Shown here piece after piece: positions 17,354-27,742 of a stretch of 64,000 nt of DNA. The notes under the pieces were generated by a model. That model was not told the origin of the DNA, searched no databases, and worked only from the letters and a program-made list of their open reading frames with translations. Position 1 is the first letter of the stretch. Every line of letters begins with the position of its first letter. Both the position numbers and the translations under genes were made by a program. Location of the stretch: contig OZ252244.1 of the NCBI GenBank assembly GCA_965249575.1, forward strand, positions 736,001 through 800,000, written 5' to 3'. This DNA comes from Gemmatimonadales bacterium. GTDB lineage: Bacteria > Gemmatimonadota > Gemmatimonadetes > Gemmatimonadales > GWC2-71-9.

Positions 17354-19771
17354 CTAGAGCAGCGAGGTCGGGTCTCTATCGAACGTCACGCGCACATGCT
17401 TCCCACCGACGTGGGGGGCGTTCTGGAGCGCGAATCGCACGACCCGCCCCAACCAAGTCTTGTCAGCGGCGCGGAAGGCTACGTGCCAGCGCCACTGGGT
17501 CCGTATGCGAGCGAGAGGAGCAGGCGCCGGGCCGATCACATCGATCGCTCCCTCGGCACGTGCCCGTACTAGACCTCGCAGCCATTCAGCGATATCGCCC
17601 GCTGCCCGGCTGACCGCCGATTCGCCACGACCGCTGATCACGACATTCACGAGACCGACATGGGGCGGGTAGGGAGGCTCGCGGCGGTTCTCCAGCTCGC
17701 GTTGCGCGAACCGTTCGTAGTCGTGGTCGGCCGCTGCTGTGAGCGCATAGTGCTCGGGCCGCCGCGTCTGAACGAGCACCTCTCCACCCTCAGGGCCCCG
17801 ACCGGCCCTTCCCGCGACTTGTGCGATCAGCTGAAAGGTGCGCTCCGCCGACCGGAAGTCCGGCACGTGAAGGCTCGTATCCGCATCGACCACACCGACG
17901 AGCGTGACACCCGGGAAGTCCAGACCCTTCGCGATCATCTGCGTGCCGAAGAGAATGTCGATTTCGCGCGCGGCAAATGCCTCCAGGATTCGCCCATGCG
18001 ACCACTTCGTCGAGGTGGTATCGGCATCCATTCGAGCCAGTCTGGCTCGAGGGAACCGCTGGGCGAGCCATCGCTCCAACAACTGCGTCCCGACACCCCG
18101 CGTACGCTGCGTCCGATGTCCGCATTGGCCGCAACTCTCGGGAATCGCTTCACGGTGTCCACAGTAATGACACCGGAGGCTCACAGGCGTGGTGTGAACC
18201 GTCAGCGATATGCTGCACGCCGGGCATTCCGCTACCGACCCACAATCGGGGCACTGGAGGAATTGGGCAAAGCCGCGCCGGTTCAGCAGGAGGAGCGCCT
18301 GTGCTCCCCGCTCGAGACAGTCCCGCAGGGCGTCGTCGAGGGCGCATGACCACGGGACGGCACCGCTCTCGGCTACCGCCGCCTCGTTCCTCATATCCAC
18401 CATCCGGACCGCCGGCAGCGGCTGCTGGGTGACGCGATGCGGAAGGCTCACGACACGGATGCGGTCGCGCGCCAACCACGTCTCGAGTGACGGTGTCGCG
18501 CTTCCGAGCACGGCCCTCGCCCCCTGCAGACGCGCGCGTTTCAGCGCGACGTCGCGCGCGTGATACCTGGGACCTTCGCTCTGTTTGTAGCTGGCGTCGT
18601 GTTCCTCGTCGACGATCACGGCGGCGAGGTCCCGCACCGGGGCGAAAACGGCCGACCGAGCTCCCACGGCGACCCTGCGCTGGCCGGTCGCGAGCGCCTT
18701 CCAGGCGTCCGCACGTTCGGCATCCGACAATCCCGAATGCATGACCGCCACATGCTCCCCGAACACGCCGCGGACGCGCGCCACTGTCTGCGGTGTGAGG
18801 GAGATCTCCGGTACGAGCACGATGGCACCCCGCCCGCGACTCACGTCGTCGCGAACAGCCTCCAGATACACGAGGGTCTTTCCGCTCCCAGTGACACCAA
18901 ACAGCGTGATCGCTTCGCCGGGGCCCAACCCGCGGATCTGAGCCAGGGCGGCTGCCTGAGCCTCTGTCGGCGTTTCGGGAGGTCGGCTCACCTTTTCCTT
19001 GAAAGGATCTCGTAGCTCCTCGCGCTCGTCGATGCGGGCGACGCCACGAGCGACAAGCGCACGCAAGATTGCGCCCGAAAACCCCAACTGCTGGGTCAAA
19101 TGTGCGATGGGACACTCCCCACCCAGGGCATCTACCGCATCATACGCCTCCCGTTGCCGGGCAGCCTTGCCAAACATCCGTTGACGTTCCAGCAGTCCCG
19201 GGAGCGCCTGGGTCAACACTAGGACTCGTTGGACGGCCGGCGGTGGACCGAGACTGGCTGATTCTATCTCCAAGCCGACGGCGCCGATGCGGGCCAGGCG
19301 CTGAAGGGTGTCCCACACCGGCCGGCCAACCCTACGTGCGAGCGCACTTGCGCTCGCCCTACCGCCCGCCCGCTCGAGGGCGAGCAAGACGTCGCGGCTG
19401 GCGCCCCCCGGCGTCACGCTCGACTCGCCAAGCCGGGCGACAAGCCGGGAAGCACCCCACAGCGCCCTGGGCAGCATGGCCTTCAAGACCCGGCCGAGGG
19501 AGGCCCCGTAGTAGCCAGCCATCCATCCGGCGAGCTCAATTAGGGGATCGGGTACGAGGGGCTCCGCATCGGGTACCGCCAGGATCGGCTTGAGATCCGT
19601 TGCCGAACCGTCATCAACCGCGACTACCACACCCACTACTTCCCGTCCGCGCACCGGTACCAATACGCGGACGCCCGGCACGACCCGGTCGGCGATTCCA
19701 GGTGGTATGCTGTACCGGTACGGTTGCGCTACAGGAGGCGGCAGAGCTACGAGGCACGACACCGAAATCAA
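17354..19771 (-). CDS. priA: Primosomal protein N'
   Basis: GVTGSGKT, LVPEISLTPQ, DEEH, LNRRG, four CxxC, GTQMIAKGLDFP, QVAGRAGR; start placed at the TTG overlapping the upstream stop. Confidence 0.95.
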   Translation of the reverse strand: MISVSCLVALPPPVAQPYRYSIPPGIADRVVPGVRVLVPVRGREVVGVVVAVDDGSATDLKPILAVPDAEPLVPDPLIELAGWMAGYYGASLGRVLKAMLPRALWGASRLVARLGESSVTPGGASRDVLLALERAGGRASASALARRVGRPVWDTLQRLARIGAVGLEIESASLGPPPAVQRVLVLTQALPGLLERQRMFGKAARQREAYDAVDALGGECPIAHLTQQLGFSGAILRALVARGVARIDEREELRDPFKEKVSRPPETPTEAQAAALAQIRGLGPGEAITLFGVTGSGKTLVYLEAVRDDVSRGRGAIVLVPEISLTPQTVARVRGVFGEHVAVMHSGLSDAERADAWKALATGQRRVAVGARSAVFAPVRDLAAVIVDEEHDASYKQSEGPRYHARDVALKRARLQGARAVLGSATPSLETWLARDRIRVVSLPHRVTQQPLPAVRMVDMRNEAAVAESGAVPWSCALDDALRDCLERGAQALLLLNRRGFAQFLQCPDCGSVAECPACSISLTVHTTPVSLRCHYCGHREAIPESCGQCGHRTQRTRGVGTQLLERWLAQRFPRARLARMDADTTSTKWSHGRILEAFAAREIDILFGTQMIAKGLDFPGVTLVGVVDADTSLHVPDFRSAERTFQLIAQVAGRAGRGPEGGEVLVQTRRPEHYALTAAADHDYERFAQRELENRREPPYPPHVGLVNVVISGRGESAVSRAAGDIAEWLRGLVRARAEGAIDVIGPAPAPLARIRTQWRWHVAFRAADKTWLGRVVRFALQNAPHVGGKHVRVTFDRDPTSLL

Positions 19772-20520
19772 TGGGGCCAACGCGTTCCCTTGATCATCGT
19801 GAGCCCGAGCCGGCGGTCGTTCGCGAGCCGACGAATCGCCCTGATCGGCTCGCTGATGGCAAGTCGCACGCCGTTCCACCCGCCGATGCGCCAGCCACGC
19901 CGGATCAACCCACCCCACCCATAGGCTAGCCACCCCCCGTCCGTGGCCGCGTCTTCGAGCGTGAGCTCTACGATGCCCGCGTCACGAAAGAGGCCCTTCC
20001 ACTCCACGCCGAGCCGAGGCGTGACCCCAACCGCCGCCAACTCAGCTGCCTGTTGAGCCGTTGCGGTCCCCAGCCAAGTTGGCACCAATGCCGCGACCGT
20101 ACTCATCGGGCGTGCCACCCGAGCGGCTTCGCGCATCACCGCCGCGAGATCCTCATCCGCGAGGTTGAGGGCGTGCATGATGGTGATATCGAAAGTCTGT
20201 GATTCGTGTGGAAGGTCCACCGCACTGGCGACTTGGAAGGTGACTCGGCGCTCGAGTCCTACCTGCCGGGCTGCCACTTCGGCCTGCTCGATGGCAGCGG
20301 GATCAGCGTCGACTCCAGAGACGTTCCCCTCGTAGCGCTGCGCCCACCAGATGACCGATCGCCCCGACCCACAACCGATCCACAGCACTTCTCCGTCGCC
20401 CTCGGGACCGATGAGGTGCGTCAGCCGGCGATGTATGGGCGCGTCGACCTCGGTCCAGGGCTGAAGAATGCCGAGAAGCGCCCTTGGGCTCGGTTTGCGC
20501 GGCGGCGGAGAGGTCGGCAT
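19768..20520 (-). CDS. Class I SAM-dependent methyltransferase
   Basis: VLWIGCGSG, GVD, LPHESQTFD motifs. Confidence 0.8.
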   Translation of the reverse strand: MPTSPPPRKPSPRALLGILQPWTEVDAPIHRRLTHLIGPEGDGEVLWIGCGSGRSVIWWAQRYEGNVSGVDADPAAIEQAEVAARQVGLERRVTFQVASAVDLPHESQTFDITIMHALNLADEDLAAVMREAARVARPMSTVAALVPTWLGTATAQQAAELAAVGVTPRLGVEWKGLFRDAGIVELTLEDAATDGGWLAYGWGGLIRRGWRIGGWNGVRLAISEPIRAIRRLANDRRLGLTMIKGTRWPH

Positions 20521-20530
20521 CGAACAACAG

Positions 20531-21421
20531 TCAGCCGAGCGCACGAACGTGTGCTGCGGCGGCGAGCGCCACCCGCGGCGGCGCGTAGCCGCCCTCGAGA
20601 ACGGACGCGATCGGAGGACCGATCTGGCGCCACGTCTCGATCCAGCTCGCGAAATCCTCGGGCTCGAGTGTGAAACCACCGAGGGGATCTCCCGCGAGGC
20701 CATCGAACCCAGCAGAGACTAAGACGAGGTCGGGTCTCCAGTCGATGACGGCCAACTCGACCGCTGCGTTCAGGTCGTCCACGTACTTGTGGCGTGGAAG
20801 GCCTGGTGGTCGCGGCACGTTGAACACATTGCCAACCCCCCGCTCCTCCGCGCGACCGGTGCCGGGATAATGCGGCCACTGGTGCAGCGAGACGTATCGT
20901 ATGCGCTCATCCCGCTCGACAAGCGATTGGGTGCCGTTCCCGTGGTGCACGTCCCAATCGATGATGAGCACCCGAGCCACACCCGACTCCTCGAGAGCGG
21001 TCCGCGCAGCCACCACGACGCTGTTGAGGAGGCAGAAACCCATTGCATCCGTCGCCGTGGCGTGGTGTCCAGGCGGCCGAACGGCAGCAAAGCTGTTGTT
21101 CCCGCAGAGCGCGAGCCGGGCCGCGTGGACAGCCGCACCCGCCGCGAATCGAGCGGCCGTGTAGCTCGATTCGTTCGCCACCGTATCTGGATCGAGCCGT
21201 CCCCCACCCCGCAGCGCCACCCCTGCGAGCATTGCGAGATAGTCCGGGGTGTGCACCCGAGACAGCATCGCATCATCAGCCTCGATCGCATCGTGCCAGG
21301 TGAGTCTCGGTGTCGCCCGGAGCGTGGCGAGGACGGCTTCCAGCCTCGCTGGCGATTCGGGATGCTGCGGCCCGGGATCGTGAGCGAGCGAGCTTTCATG
21401 CCAGACGATGTGAACGGTCAC
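20531..21421 (-). CDS. Histone deacetylase / acetylpolyamine amidohydrolase family
   Basis: HPESPARL, RPPGHHA, GFC, DWDVHHGNGT, SAGFD, LEGGY. Confidence 0.93.
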   Translation of the reverse strand: MTVHIVWHESSLAHDPGPQHPESPARLEAVLATLRATPRLTWHDAIEADDAMLSRVHTPDYLAMLAGVALRGGGRLDPDTVANESSYTAARFAAGAAVHAARLALCGNNSFAAVRPPGHHATATDAMGFCLLNSVVVAARTALEESGVARVLIIDWDVHHGNGTQSLVERDERIRYVSLHQWPHYPGTGRAEERGVGNVFNVPRPPGLPRHKYVDDLNAAVELAVIDWRPDLVLVSAGFDGLAGDPLGGFTLEPEDFASWIETWRQIGPPIASVLEGGYAPPRVALAAAAHVRALG

Positions 21422-21472
21422 TCAAGCACGCACGAACCGGGAGAGCGCAGTTGGAGCCACCCAGGGAACACA

Positions 21473-21742
21473 TCACCTGACCGGGCGGCGCTCGACATGG
21501 AGTACGATCAGCGGAGCGCGGTGCGGCAGGGCAAGCTGCTCGACGGTGAACTCCTCATCGGCAATCACACCGCCACGGTACTTGACTTCGTAGGACGCGG
21601 GATCACACGCGACGCCGGTGGCTCGTTGGAGCGCCTCCGCCTTGACCTGAGTAATCGTCGAGTCCGGTGTGACCCGCACATCCACGCTGTCCCACACCTC
21701 CGGCACCCACACGCGGAGTATCTGCTCGATTCCCGCGTTCAC
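21473..21742 (-). CDS. Small ubiquitin-like (YukD/EsaB-like) protein
   Basis: 89 aa with beta-grasp-like pattern: VDVRVTPDSTITQVKAEAL..YEVKYRG..DEEFTVEQL..LIVL; GTGA overlap with the upstream gene. Confidence 0.6.
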   Translation of the reverse strand: MNAGIEQILRVWVPEVWDSVDVRVTPDSTITQVKAEALQRATGVACDPASYEVKYRGGVIADEEFTVEQLALPHRAPLIVLHVERRPVR

Positions 21743-22011
21743 GACGCCGGCTCGGAACCGACGGGCAGCGTCGACAGGAAACGATTGATTGCCTGATCGT
21801 AAAGGAGTGTCGAGGCGCGAATGCGAGTACCCTCGGGCGACGAGAACACGGCGAGGGCAATTTCTTCTCCGCCCTGCCCCCTGAAAATAGCGAACGTCGG
21901 ACCGTGCCGCTCCAGATACGCACCGTAGTGAGGAACTCGCTCGGCGAAGAACGCCCTCGCCCGCCCCAGAACCTCGTCTCCGGTGAGCGGCGTCGACGTC
22001 TCGTGAATCAT
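21739..22011 (-). CDS. Small hypothetical protein
   Basis: 90 aa from ATG 22011 (MIHETSTPL..FRGQGGEEI..STLLYDQAINRFL), coupled to the downstream gene. Confidence 0.7.
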   Translation of the reverse strand: MIHETSTPLTGDEVLGRARAFFAERVPHYGAYLERHGPTFAIFRGQGGEEIALAVFSSPEGTRIRASTLLYDQAINRFLSTLPVGSEPAS

Positions 22012-22132
22012 AGTGGCCGGCTCCGTATCCCGAATCGATTGGTTTCCGCAGGAATCGATTCTGCAACCTCGAACGAGCGCTCCCCACTCAATGTAACCGA
22101 GGAGCCACTGGGTGGGCCAGAATCGAATGCGC

Positions 22133-22813
22133 TCATACGGGCTCAACCCGCCCCCGTCGCTCGGCTGGCGATGTCACCGGCCCAAACAACGTGCGAATTC
22201 CGGGTCTGGTGCGCAGCACCAGGTAGACCTCCGCTGGCGGGAGGGGCGCCAGACCGTCGAGGGCGAGGAAAACGGGTAGCGACGTGCTCGGAACAGCCAC
22301 GCGATACGTCGTGTTCTTCCACTCGACCTCACACTCGCGGGGCAACCGCGTCACCACTCGGTCGATGAAAAGGTCGTCTTCGATTCGATAGTGGTCTGGG
22401 GCGAGTCGTTCTCCATCCAAATAGAAGCTCGGGTCAAATTGCCGACCCTCCGCGCGCGCAAAGGCCTGCTCCACAGCCCAGTCGTACGCCTCCAGGTCCG
22501 GCCGCCCGGCTTTCCACTCGAGATGATGTCGCAATTCATGAGAGAGTGTTTCCCAGGCTTCGGCCTCCCAGTCGAAATCGGCCTGGGTGGAGGCGAGCGC
22601 CCAGAACGACCCGTAGTAGATCACCAGTCGCGACTGTGGATCGCTGCTTCCGAATGCCAGCGGAACGCACTCCCCGAGCGTGTACACACCGTGAACGCCG
22701 GGATGCGGCACTGTTCGCCGACTGACGTCGATCGCCGCTATGCCTTCGAGGAATTCCTGCGGAATTTCCCTCGACAGGTCCTCGATCATCCGCGTGAAAC
22801 CCGAAAGCCGCAT
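22133..22813 (-). CDS. Zincin-like metallopeptidase
   Basis: YTLGEC, IYYGSF, ETLSHELRHHLE. Confidence 0.75.
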   Translation of the reverse strand: MRLSGFTRMIEDLSREIPQEFLEGIAAIDVSRRTVPHPGVHGVYTLGECVPLAFGSSDPQSRLVIYYGSFWALASTQADFDWEAEAWETLSHELRHHLEWKAGRPDLEAYDWAVEQAFARAEGRQFDPSFYLDGERLAPDHYRIEDDLFIDRVVTRLPRECEVEWKNTTYRVAVPSTSLPVFLALDGLAPLPPAEVYLVLRTRPGIRTLFGPVTSPAERRGRVEPV

Positions 22814-22900
22814 TGCAGAGGGCTCGCTATGCCTTCGCTGGCAAAGCCGCGTGGCGGAAGTCGTCTCGGCCGCCCCGCCCAACGCCGGCGAGGTACGCGC

Positions 22901-24358
22901 TCAGTTCAGGTGCTCTTCGATCCTCTGCACAAGCGGGTCGAAACACAGGTCGGTGCCCGTGGCCTCGAGCGCCAGCCGGTGCGCGGGATCCGCCTGACCC
23001 TGGCTCATCAGATTCTGGACGTAGGCTCCGGCGTGCGGGTTCCGGTACCAATCCTCGTCGAACCGGCGTCGAAGCTCGGCCGCCAAAGATGCTTCGAGTT
23101 GCCACGCTCGCAGATATCTCGCAGAGTAAAAGGCTGGATCGACGTCGATCAGATAGTCATCCTCCAGGTATCGAAAGCGAGTGGCATCAGTGAGCCGTTC
23201 GGCATACTCACGGGACATATCGGCGAGATCGCCACGATGGAGGCTGAGCTCGTAAAGCAGTTTCGCCGCGTAACGTCGGACGATGAACAGCTCGCCCACG
23301 CAAGTCTCGAACAGCAGGTCGTTGGCCTCGCGGCCGCGGATCCCGCAATATCGCGCAAGCCACGACGAGTCGAGCGTCATATGATCCCACAGCATCGCGA
23401 AGGCTTCGGTCACCGAGTCGTCTCCGAGCCACCGCGCCGCAAACGACAGATCCGGGTCCATGGAGGCGAAGTGAGTCGCATGGCCCAGCTCATGCCAAAA
23501 GGTCCGATAGTCGGCGTGTCCCCCACGGGGTCGGAGCACGAGGTAGACCTCGTCCGGCACCCGCACCGGCGCACAAAACGCACGCGGCTGTTTCCCGGGC
23601 CGCTCCACGGTGTCGAGGCGGACTCGTCCGCCCTGCCGTAAATCCAGTCCCATTTCTCGAGCCTGCCGGGCAGCCGTGACCTCCAGATTCCCCGGCTCGA
23701 AAACGGGATCGAACTCGTTCGCCCGAAAGGCCCACGGCGCGTCGGCTCGCTCCAAACTCCCAACGTCCAACTGGAGGCGGCGCCGTACCAAACGAGTCAG
23801 CGAATCGACGTAAAGGTCTGCGGTCTCGGCCAGAAACGCCTGAGCCTGGCGGCCGAGTGCATCCAGGTCGATTTCCGACAGGGCCGACCGCGCGTCGACG
23901 TAGCCGCCCAATGCGAGCTTCGCGAGCTCATCCCACTCTTCCGCGAAGCGCTCGGCCCGCAACTCGTTCAAGCCCGCCGCCGCCACGCTGGCCCGCGCCC
24001 GGTCGAGTTCCACGCGGAACGCCCGGTCGGGCGCATTTGCCAGATCGATGGGCGCCCGGAGGTAGGGAATCCTATCGTCGCCAACTACGAGATGCGCTTC
24101 CTGCTCCCAGGCCAATTGACGCTCGTCCAGGCTGGCGACGCGCCGGCCCACCCGTACGTCGACGACCCATTGGAGCAGCGCCATGGACCCGGTTGCCCTC
24201 GCGGCGGCAAGCGCGTCGTCACTCGCCACCGGAGCAAAGCGCTCATAAATGGCCTGGAACTCAGGTGGGGTCTTGAGGCCGGCCCCGGTCAAGTACGCTT
24301 CCCGACCCAGGGCCTGGTGCAAAGCTTCGCCCTGAATCGTGAGCTCCTCGACGTTCAT
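22901..24358 (-). CDS. M3-like oligopeptidase (gluzincin)
   Basis: [32 protein letters not shown]. Confidence 0.75.
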   Translation of the reverse strand: MNVEELTIQGEALHQALGREAYLTGAGLKTPPEFQAIYERFAPVASDDALAAARATGSMALLQWVVDVRVGRRVASLDERQLAWEQEAHLVVGDDRIPYLRAPIDLANAPDRAFRVELDRARASVAAAGLNELRAERFAEEWDELAKLALGGYVDARSALSEIDLDALGRQAQAFLAETADLYVDSLTRLVRRRLQLDVGSLERADAPWAFRANEFDPVFEPGNLEVTAARQAREMGLDLRQGGRVRLDTVERPGKQPRAFCAPVRVPDEVYLVLRPRGGHADYRTFWHELGHATHFASMDPDLSFAARWLGDDSVTEAFAMLWDHMTLDSSWLARYCGIRGREANDLLFETCVGELFIVRRYAAKLLYELSLHRGDLADMSREYAERLTDATRFRYLEDDYLIDVDPAFYSARYLRAWQLEASLAAELRRRFDEDWYRNPHAGAYVQNLMSQGQADPAHRLALEATGTDLCFDPLVQRIEEHLN

Positions 24359-25689
24359 GGGTCCAGCTTCTCGCGGAGATAGGACCCAAGGCGCTCAGCG
24401 GCGACTCGCTCCTGTTTCAGCGAGTCTCGGTCGCGTACCGTGACGGTTTGGTCTTCCAGCGATTGCCCGTCTACGGTCACGCCAAAGGGCGTGCCGGCTT
24501 CGTCCTGCCTGCGGTATCGACGTCCGATCGAGCCGCCATCGTCGTAAAAAATCGGAATGCGCGACCGCAGGTCATCGTAGATACGATGCGCCAATTCGGG
24601 CATCCCATCCTTCTTGACGAGGGGGAATACCCCCGCCTTGATGGGCGCGACCGACGGATGGAGCCCGAGAACGACGCGGGTCTCACCTCCCACCTCTTCT
24701 TCGCGGTATGCATCGACCATCACCACCAGGGCCAACCGGTCGGCTCCAAGCGACGTTTCCACCACGTAAGGCGTGAATCGTTCTTTCGTGACCGGGTCGA
24801 GGTACTCGAGCTTTTTGCCACTCGACTCCTGGTGGCGGGCCAGGTCGAAGTCGGTACGATTGTGAATTCCCTCGAACTCCTGCCAACCGAATGGAAACTC
24901 GTACTCGATGTCGTATGCTGCTTTGGCGTAGTGGGCCAACTCGTCCGAAGCATGCTCGCGAAACCGCAGGCGGCCCTCACTAATCCCGAGCGCACGATGC
25001 CAGTCCATGCGCGCCGCCCGCCACTCTTCGAACCATCGCTCGTCGTCCCCAGGCTGGACAAAGAACTGCATCTCCATCTGCTCGAACTCCCGAGTGCGGA
25101 AGATGAAGTTCCCGGGCGTGATTTCGTTGCGAAACGCCTTGCCAATCTGTGCGATGCCAAAGGGGATGCGCTGTCGCGAAGACTGCAGCACGTTTAGGTA
25201 GTTGACGTAGATCCCCTGAGCCGTCTCAGGGCGTAGGTAAACGACGGCAGCGGCCTCCTCGACGGGGCCCATGAACGTTTTGAACATGAGGTTGAACAAA
25301 CGAGGCGCTGTCAGGGAGCCCTTGTTCCCACACACGGGACACTGACTCGAGGGCTCGCCGGGCGTGCCGCGAATGCGCTCGTCGTCGGCGCGGAACCGGT
25401 TCTTGCAGACCTTGCAGTCGACGAGCGGGTCGGTAAAGCCCGCCACGTGACCCGATGCCTCCCAGACCCTCGGGTGCATCAGGATCGCCGCATCGAGTCC
25501 CTCGATGTCGCGCCGCTCGTGCACCATCGAGCGCCACCAGTGCTCCTTGAGGTTCTTCTTGAGCTCGACACCCAGGGGACCGTAATCCCATACCGACCCC
25601 ACCCCCCCGTAGATCTCGGAGGATTGAAAGACGAAGCCTCGACGCTTCGCAAGCGAAACGAGCTTCTCCATCAGCGAGCTATTCGCCAT
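24355..25689 (-). CDS. glyQS: Glycine--tRNA ligase (alpha2 type)
   Basis: [48 protein letters not shown]. Confidence 0.97.
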   Translation of the reverse strand: MANSSLMEKLVSLAKRRGFVFQSSEIYGGVGSVWDYGPLGVELKKNLKEHWWRSMVHERRDIEGLDAAILMHPRVWEASGHVAGFTDPLVDCKVCKNRFRADDERIRGTPGEPSSQCPVCGNKGSLTAPRLFNLMFKTFMGPVEEAAAVVYLRPETAQGIYVNYLNVLQSSRQRIPFGIAQIGKAFRNEITPGNFIFRTREFEQMEMQFFVQPGDDERWFEEWRAARMDWHRALGISEGRLRFREHASDELAHYAKAAYDIEYEFPFGWQEFEGIHNRTDFDLARHQESSGKKLEYLDPVTKERFTPYVVETSLGADRLALVVMVDAYREEEVGGETRVVLGLHPSVAPIKAGVFPLVKKDGMPELAHRIYDDLRSRIPIFYDDGGSIGRRYRRQDEAGTPFGVTVDGQSLEDQTVTVRDRDSLKQERVAAERLGSYLREKLDP

Positions 25690-25767
25690 GCGACCGCCAG
25701 AGCAGAACGAGGGAAGAACCGGGGGAATTGAAATGGAGTTCGAAAATAATAGACACCGCTCCTCGGG

Positions 25768-26835
25768 CTAGCAACCCAGTGCGCGCCGTAGCCCCTGGAC
25801 CGCGCGGCGCCCCAGCTCCTCGCGATCCCACACTCCCCCACCGCTCTCTAACAACACTTCCCGAGTCTCAACCTCCGCTCCCGGTGCAAGCACGACGGCG
25901 GGAACCCGCGCGCGCCGAGCGCGGGCGATTACTTCGCCCGTCAGCTTGCCGTCCGTGGAGGTCGCATCAAAACAGCCTTCCCCGGTCACTACGACCGCAG
26001 ATTCCGTCAACAGATCATCAAACGGCGTCCGGTCGAGTACCCATGGGGCTCCGGGCTCGATGCTCCCGCCACCAAAGAACATGATTCCGAACCCCAAGCC
26101 TCCGGCGGCCCCCGCCCCCCGCCATGAAGCGAGCTCCCCCCACCCTTCCCGATCGGCTATGGCTGCCAGGCAGTCGAGCCCACGTACAAGGCGCTCCTCG
26201 GCCTCCGCCGAGGCGCCTTTCTGCGTCGCATACAGGCGCGACCCTCGCGGTCCGATCATCGGGTTACGCACATCGGCGAGACCGATCAGTCGCGCTGCGG
26301 GGCGCCGCCCAGGGACTATTGCCTCCAGGTCCGCCAGAGACCCCCCCCCGTCGGGAAGCTCTCGATCGTCCAGCCCCAGAGGCCTCCAGCCCCACGCGCG
26401 AGCCATCCCCACACCGCCATCCATCGTGGCGCTTCCCCCCAGCCCGAGATAGACGGTCGATGCTCCGTCATCGATCAGCTGGTCCACCACTTCCCCAACC
26501 CCTCGCGTCGTGGCCCGAAGTGGATCCCGGTCTTCCTCGGCCACCACGCTCAGACCGCAGAACAGACGGGTTTCGACCACCGCAGTCGACCGATCCAGCC
26601 AGCCCACAGCCGCCTCCACTCGAGCTCCCAGGGGGCCGCTAGCTTCGTACCGCTTTTTGCAAGTGAATTCGCGCTCCAGGGCGTCCAGGAGTCCCTCCCC
26701 CCCATCGCTGGCCAACACCACCCGGGGTTCCGCTCCCAAGGCCCTCGCGGCCTCCGAGCAGGCCGTAGCAACCTCAGCTGCGGCAAAGCCTTCCTTAAAG
26801 CCCTGCGCCACGATCAACACCCCAGGACAGCTCAA
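25768..26835 (-). CDS. Glycerate kinase (GlxK/GarK family)
   Basis: SDGGEG, GLGGSATMDGG, GAGAAGGLG, VTGEG; start uncertain (26820-26868). Confidence 0.88.
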   Translation of the reverse strand: MSCPGVLIVAQGFKEGFAAAEVATACSEAARALGAEPRVVLASDGGEGLLDALEREFTCKKRYEASGPLGARVEAAVGWLDRSTAVVETRLFCGLSVVAEEDRDPLRATTRGVGEVVDQLIDDGASTVYLGLGGSATMDGGVGMARAWGWRPLGLDDRELPDGGGSLADLEAIVPGRRPAARLIGLADVRNPMIGPRGSRLYATQKGASAEAEERLVRGLDCLAAIADREGWGELASWRGAGAAGGLGFGIMFFGGGSIEPGAPWVLDRTPFDDLLTESAVVVTGEGCFDATSTDGKLTGEVIARARRARVPAVVLAPGAEVETREVLLESGGGVWDREELGRRAVQGLRRALGC

Positions 26836-27154
26836 GTCAGGTCCCCCATGCCATTTGAAATCGTCCAACTCAGCGAGCCTGTAAGCTGATACGCCTTAAC
26901 TATATAAATAACAGTAACTTGCGTAATCTCGCCAGGGCTTTTAGCTTTTTCCTGCCCGGAGGGGCCGGCGAGGACCCGGCGGCCGAGTGGTGGAAGAGCG
27001 GAGCGGGGTGGCAGGGTACAAGCGCCACGGGCACAGTATGTTACAGCTAGGGGAAGACGGGGGTCCGCCAGCCAAGACCTGGCGGGCGCTGGGGCGCCGT
27101 GCGGGCACGGATTATGAGGAACCGTAAACCTAACACGCACGAGGCTCGGACCAC

Positions 27155-27680
27155 GTGAGACCCGGCAACGCAGGACTGAGAACCCATGGGGCGGCCCACC
27201 ACAAAGAGATCCACTTGCGGGATCTTCTCGGCGTGGTGCGCCGGCACTGGCGTGTTGCGAGAAGCCATTCGTCCGGACGTCGGGCCGCGGCTGGACGTGC
27301 TCCCGAGTGGCGCCACGCCGCCCAATCCGTCGGAGCTGCTGGGGTCCGAGGCCATGAAGAAGGTGGTCGCCGAGGTACGGCGCGAATACGACTACATCGT
27401 CATCGATACGCCCCCCACGCTACCGGTCACTGACGCTGCCGTGGTGTCGACCACGGCGGACGCTACGATCATCGTCCTGCGGAGCGGCGACACCGAGGAG
27501 GCCGCGGCTCAACGGGCTGTTGCCCAGTTGGCACGGGTCAACGCGCGCCTCGCGGGGGCGGTCCTGGTCGGCGTCAGTCAAAGCCGGGAGCATTATCACA
27601 CCTACTACGCCTACCGGCGGGATCGACCCGCCCGGCGCCCGGCCCGCTCCTGGGGTTGGCGTCTCGCGGACAAGCTGTAA
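27155..27680 (+). pseudogene. Remnant of Wzc-type polysaccharide co-polymerase / BY-kinase
   Basis: N-terminal EIHLRDLLGVVRRHWRV in one frame; C-terminal PPNPSELL, IVIDTPP, DA, Tyr cluster HYHTYYAY in another; no TM, periplasmic or Walker A part. Confidence 0.8.
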
Positions 27681-27683
27681 GGC

Positions 27684-27705
27684 ACGCCGCCGGGCGGCGG
27701 CGTTT
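27684..27705 (+). terminator. GC hairpin with short U-tract
   Basis: ACGCCGCC-GGGC-GGCGGCGT-TT just after the stop, between convergent genes. Confidence 0.45.
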
Positions 27706-27742
27706 CAGGGAACAGAGTCAATCATCGACGGGTGCTCGTGGG

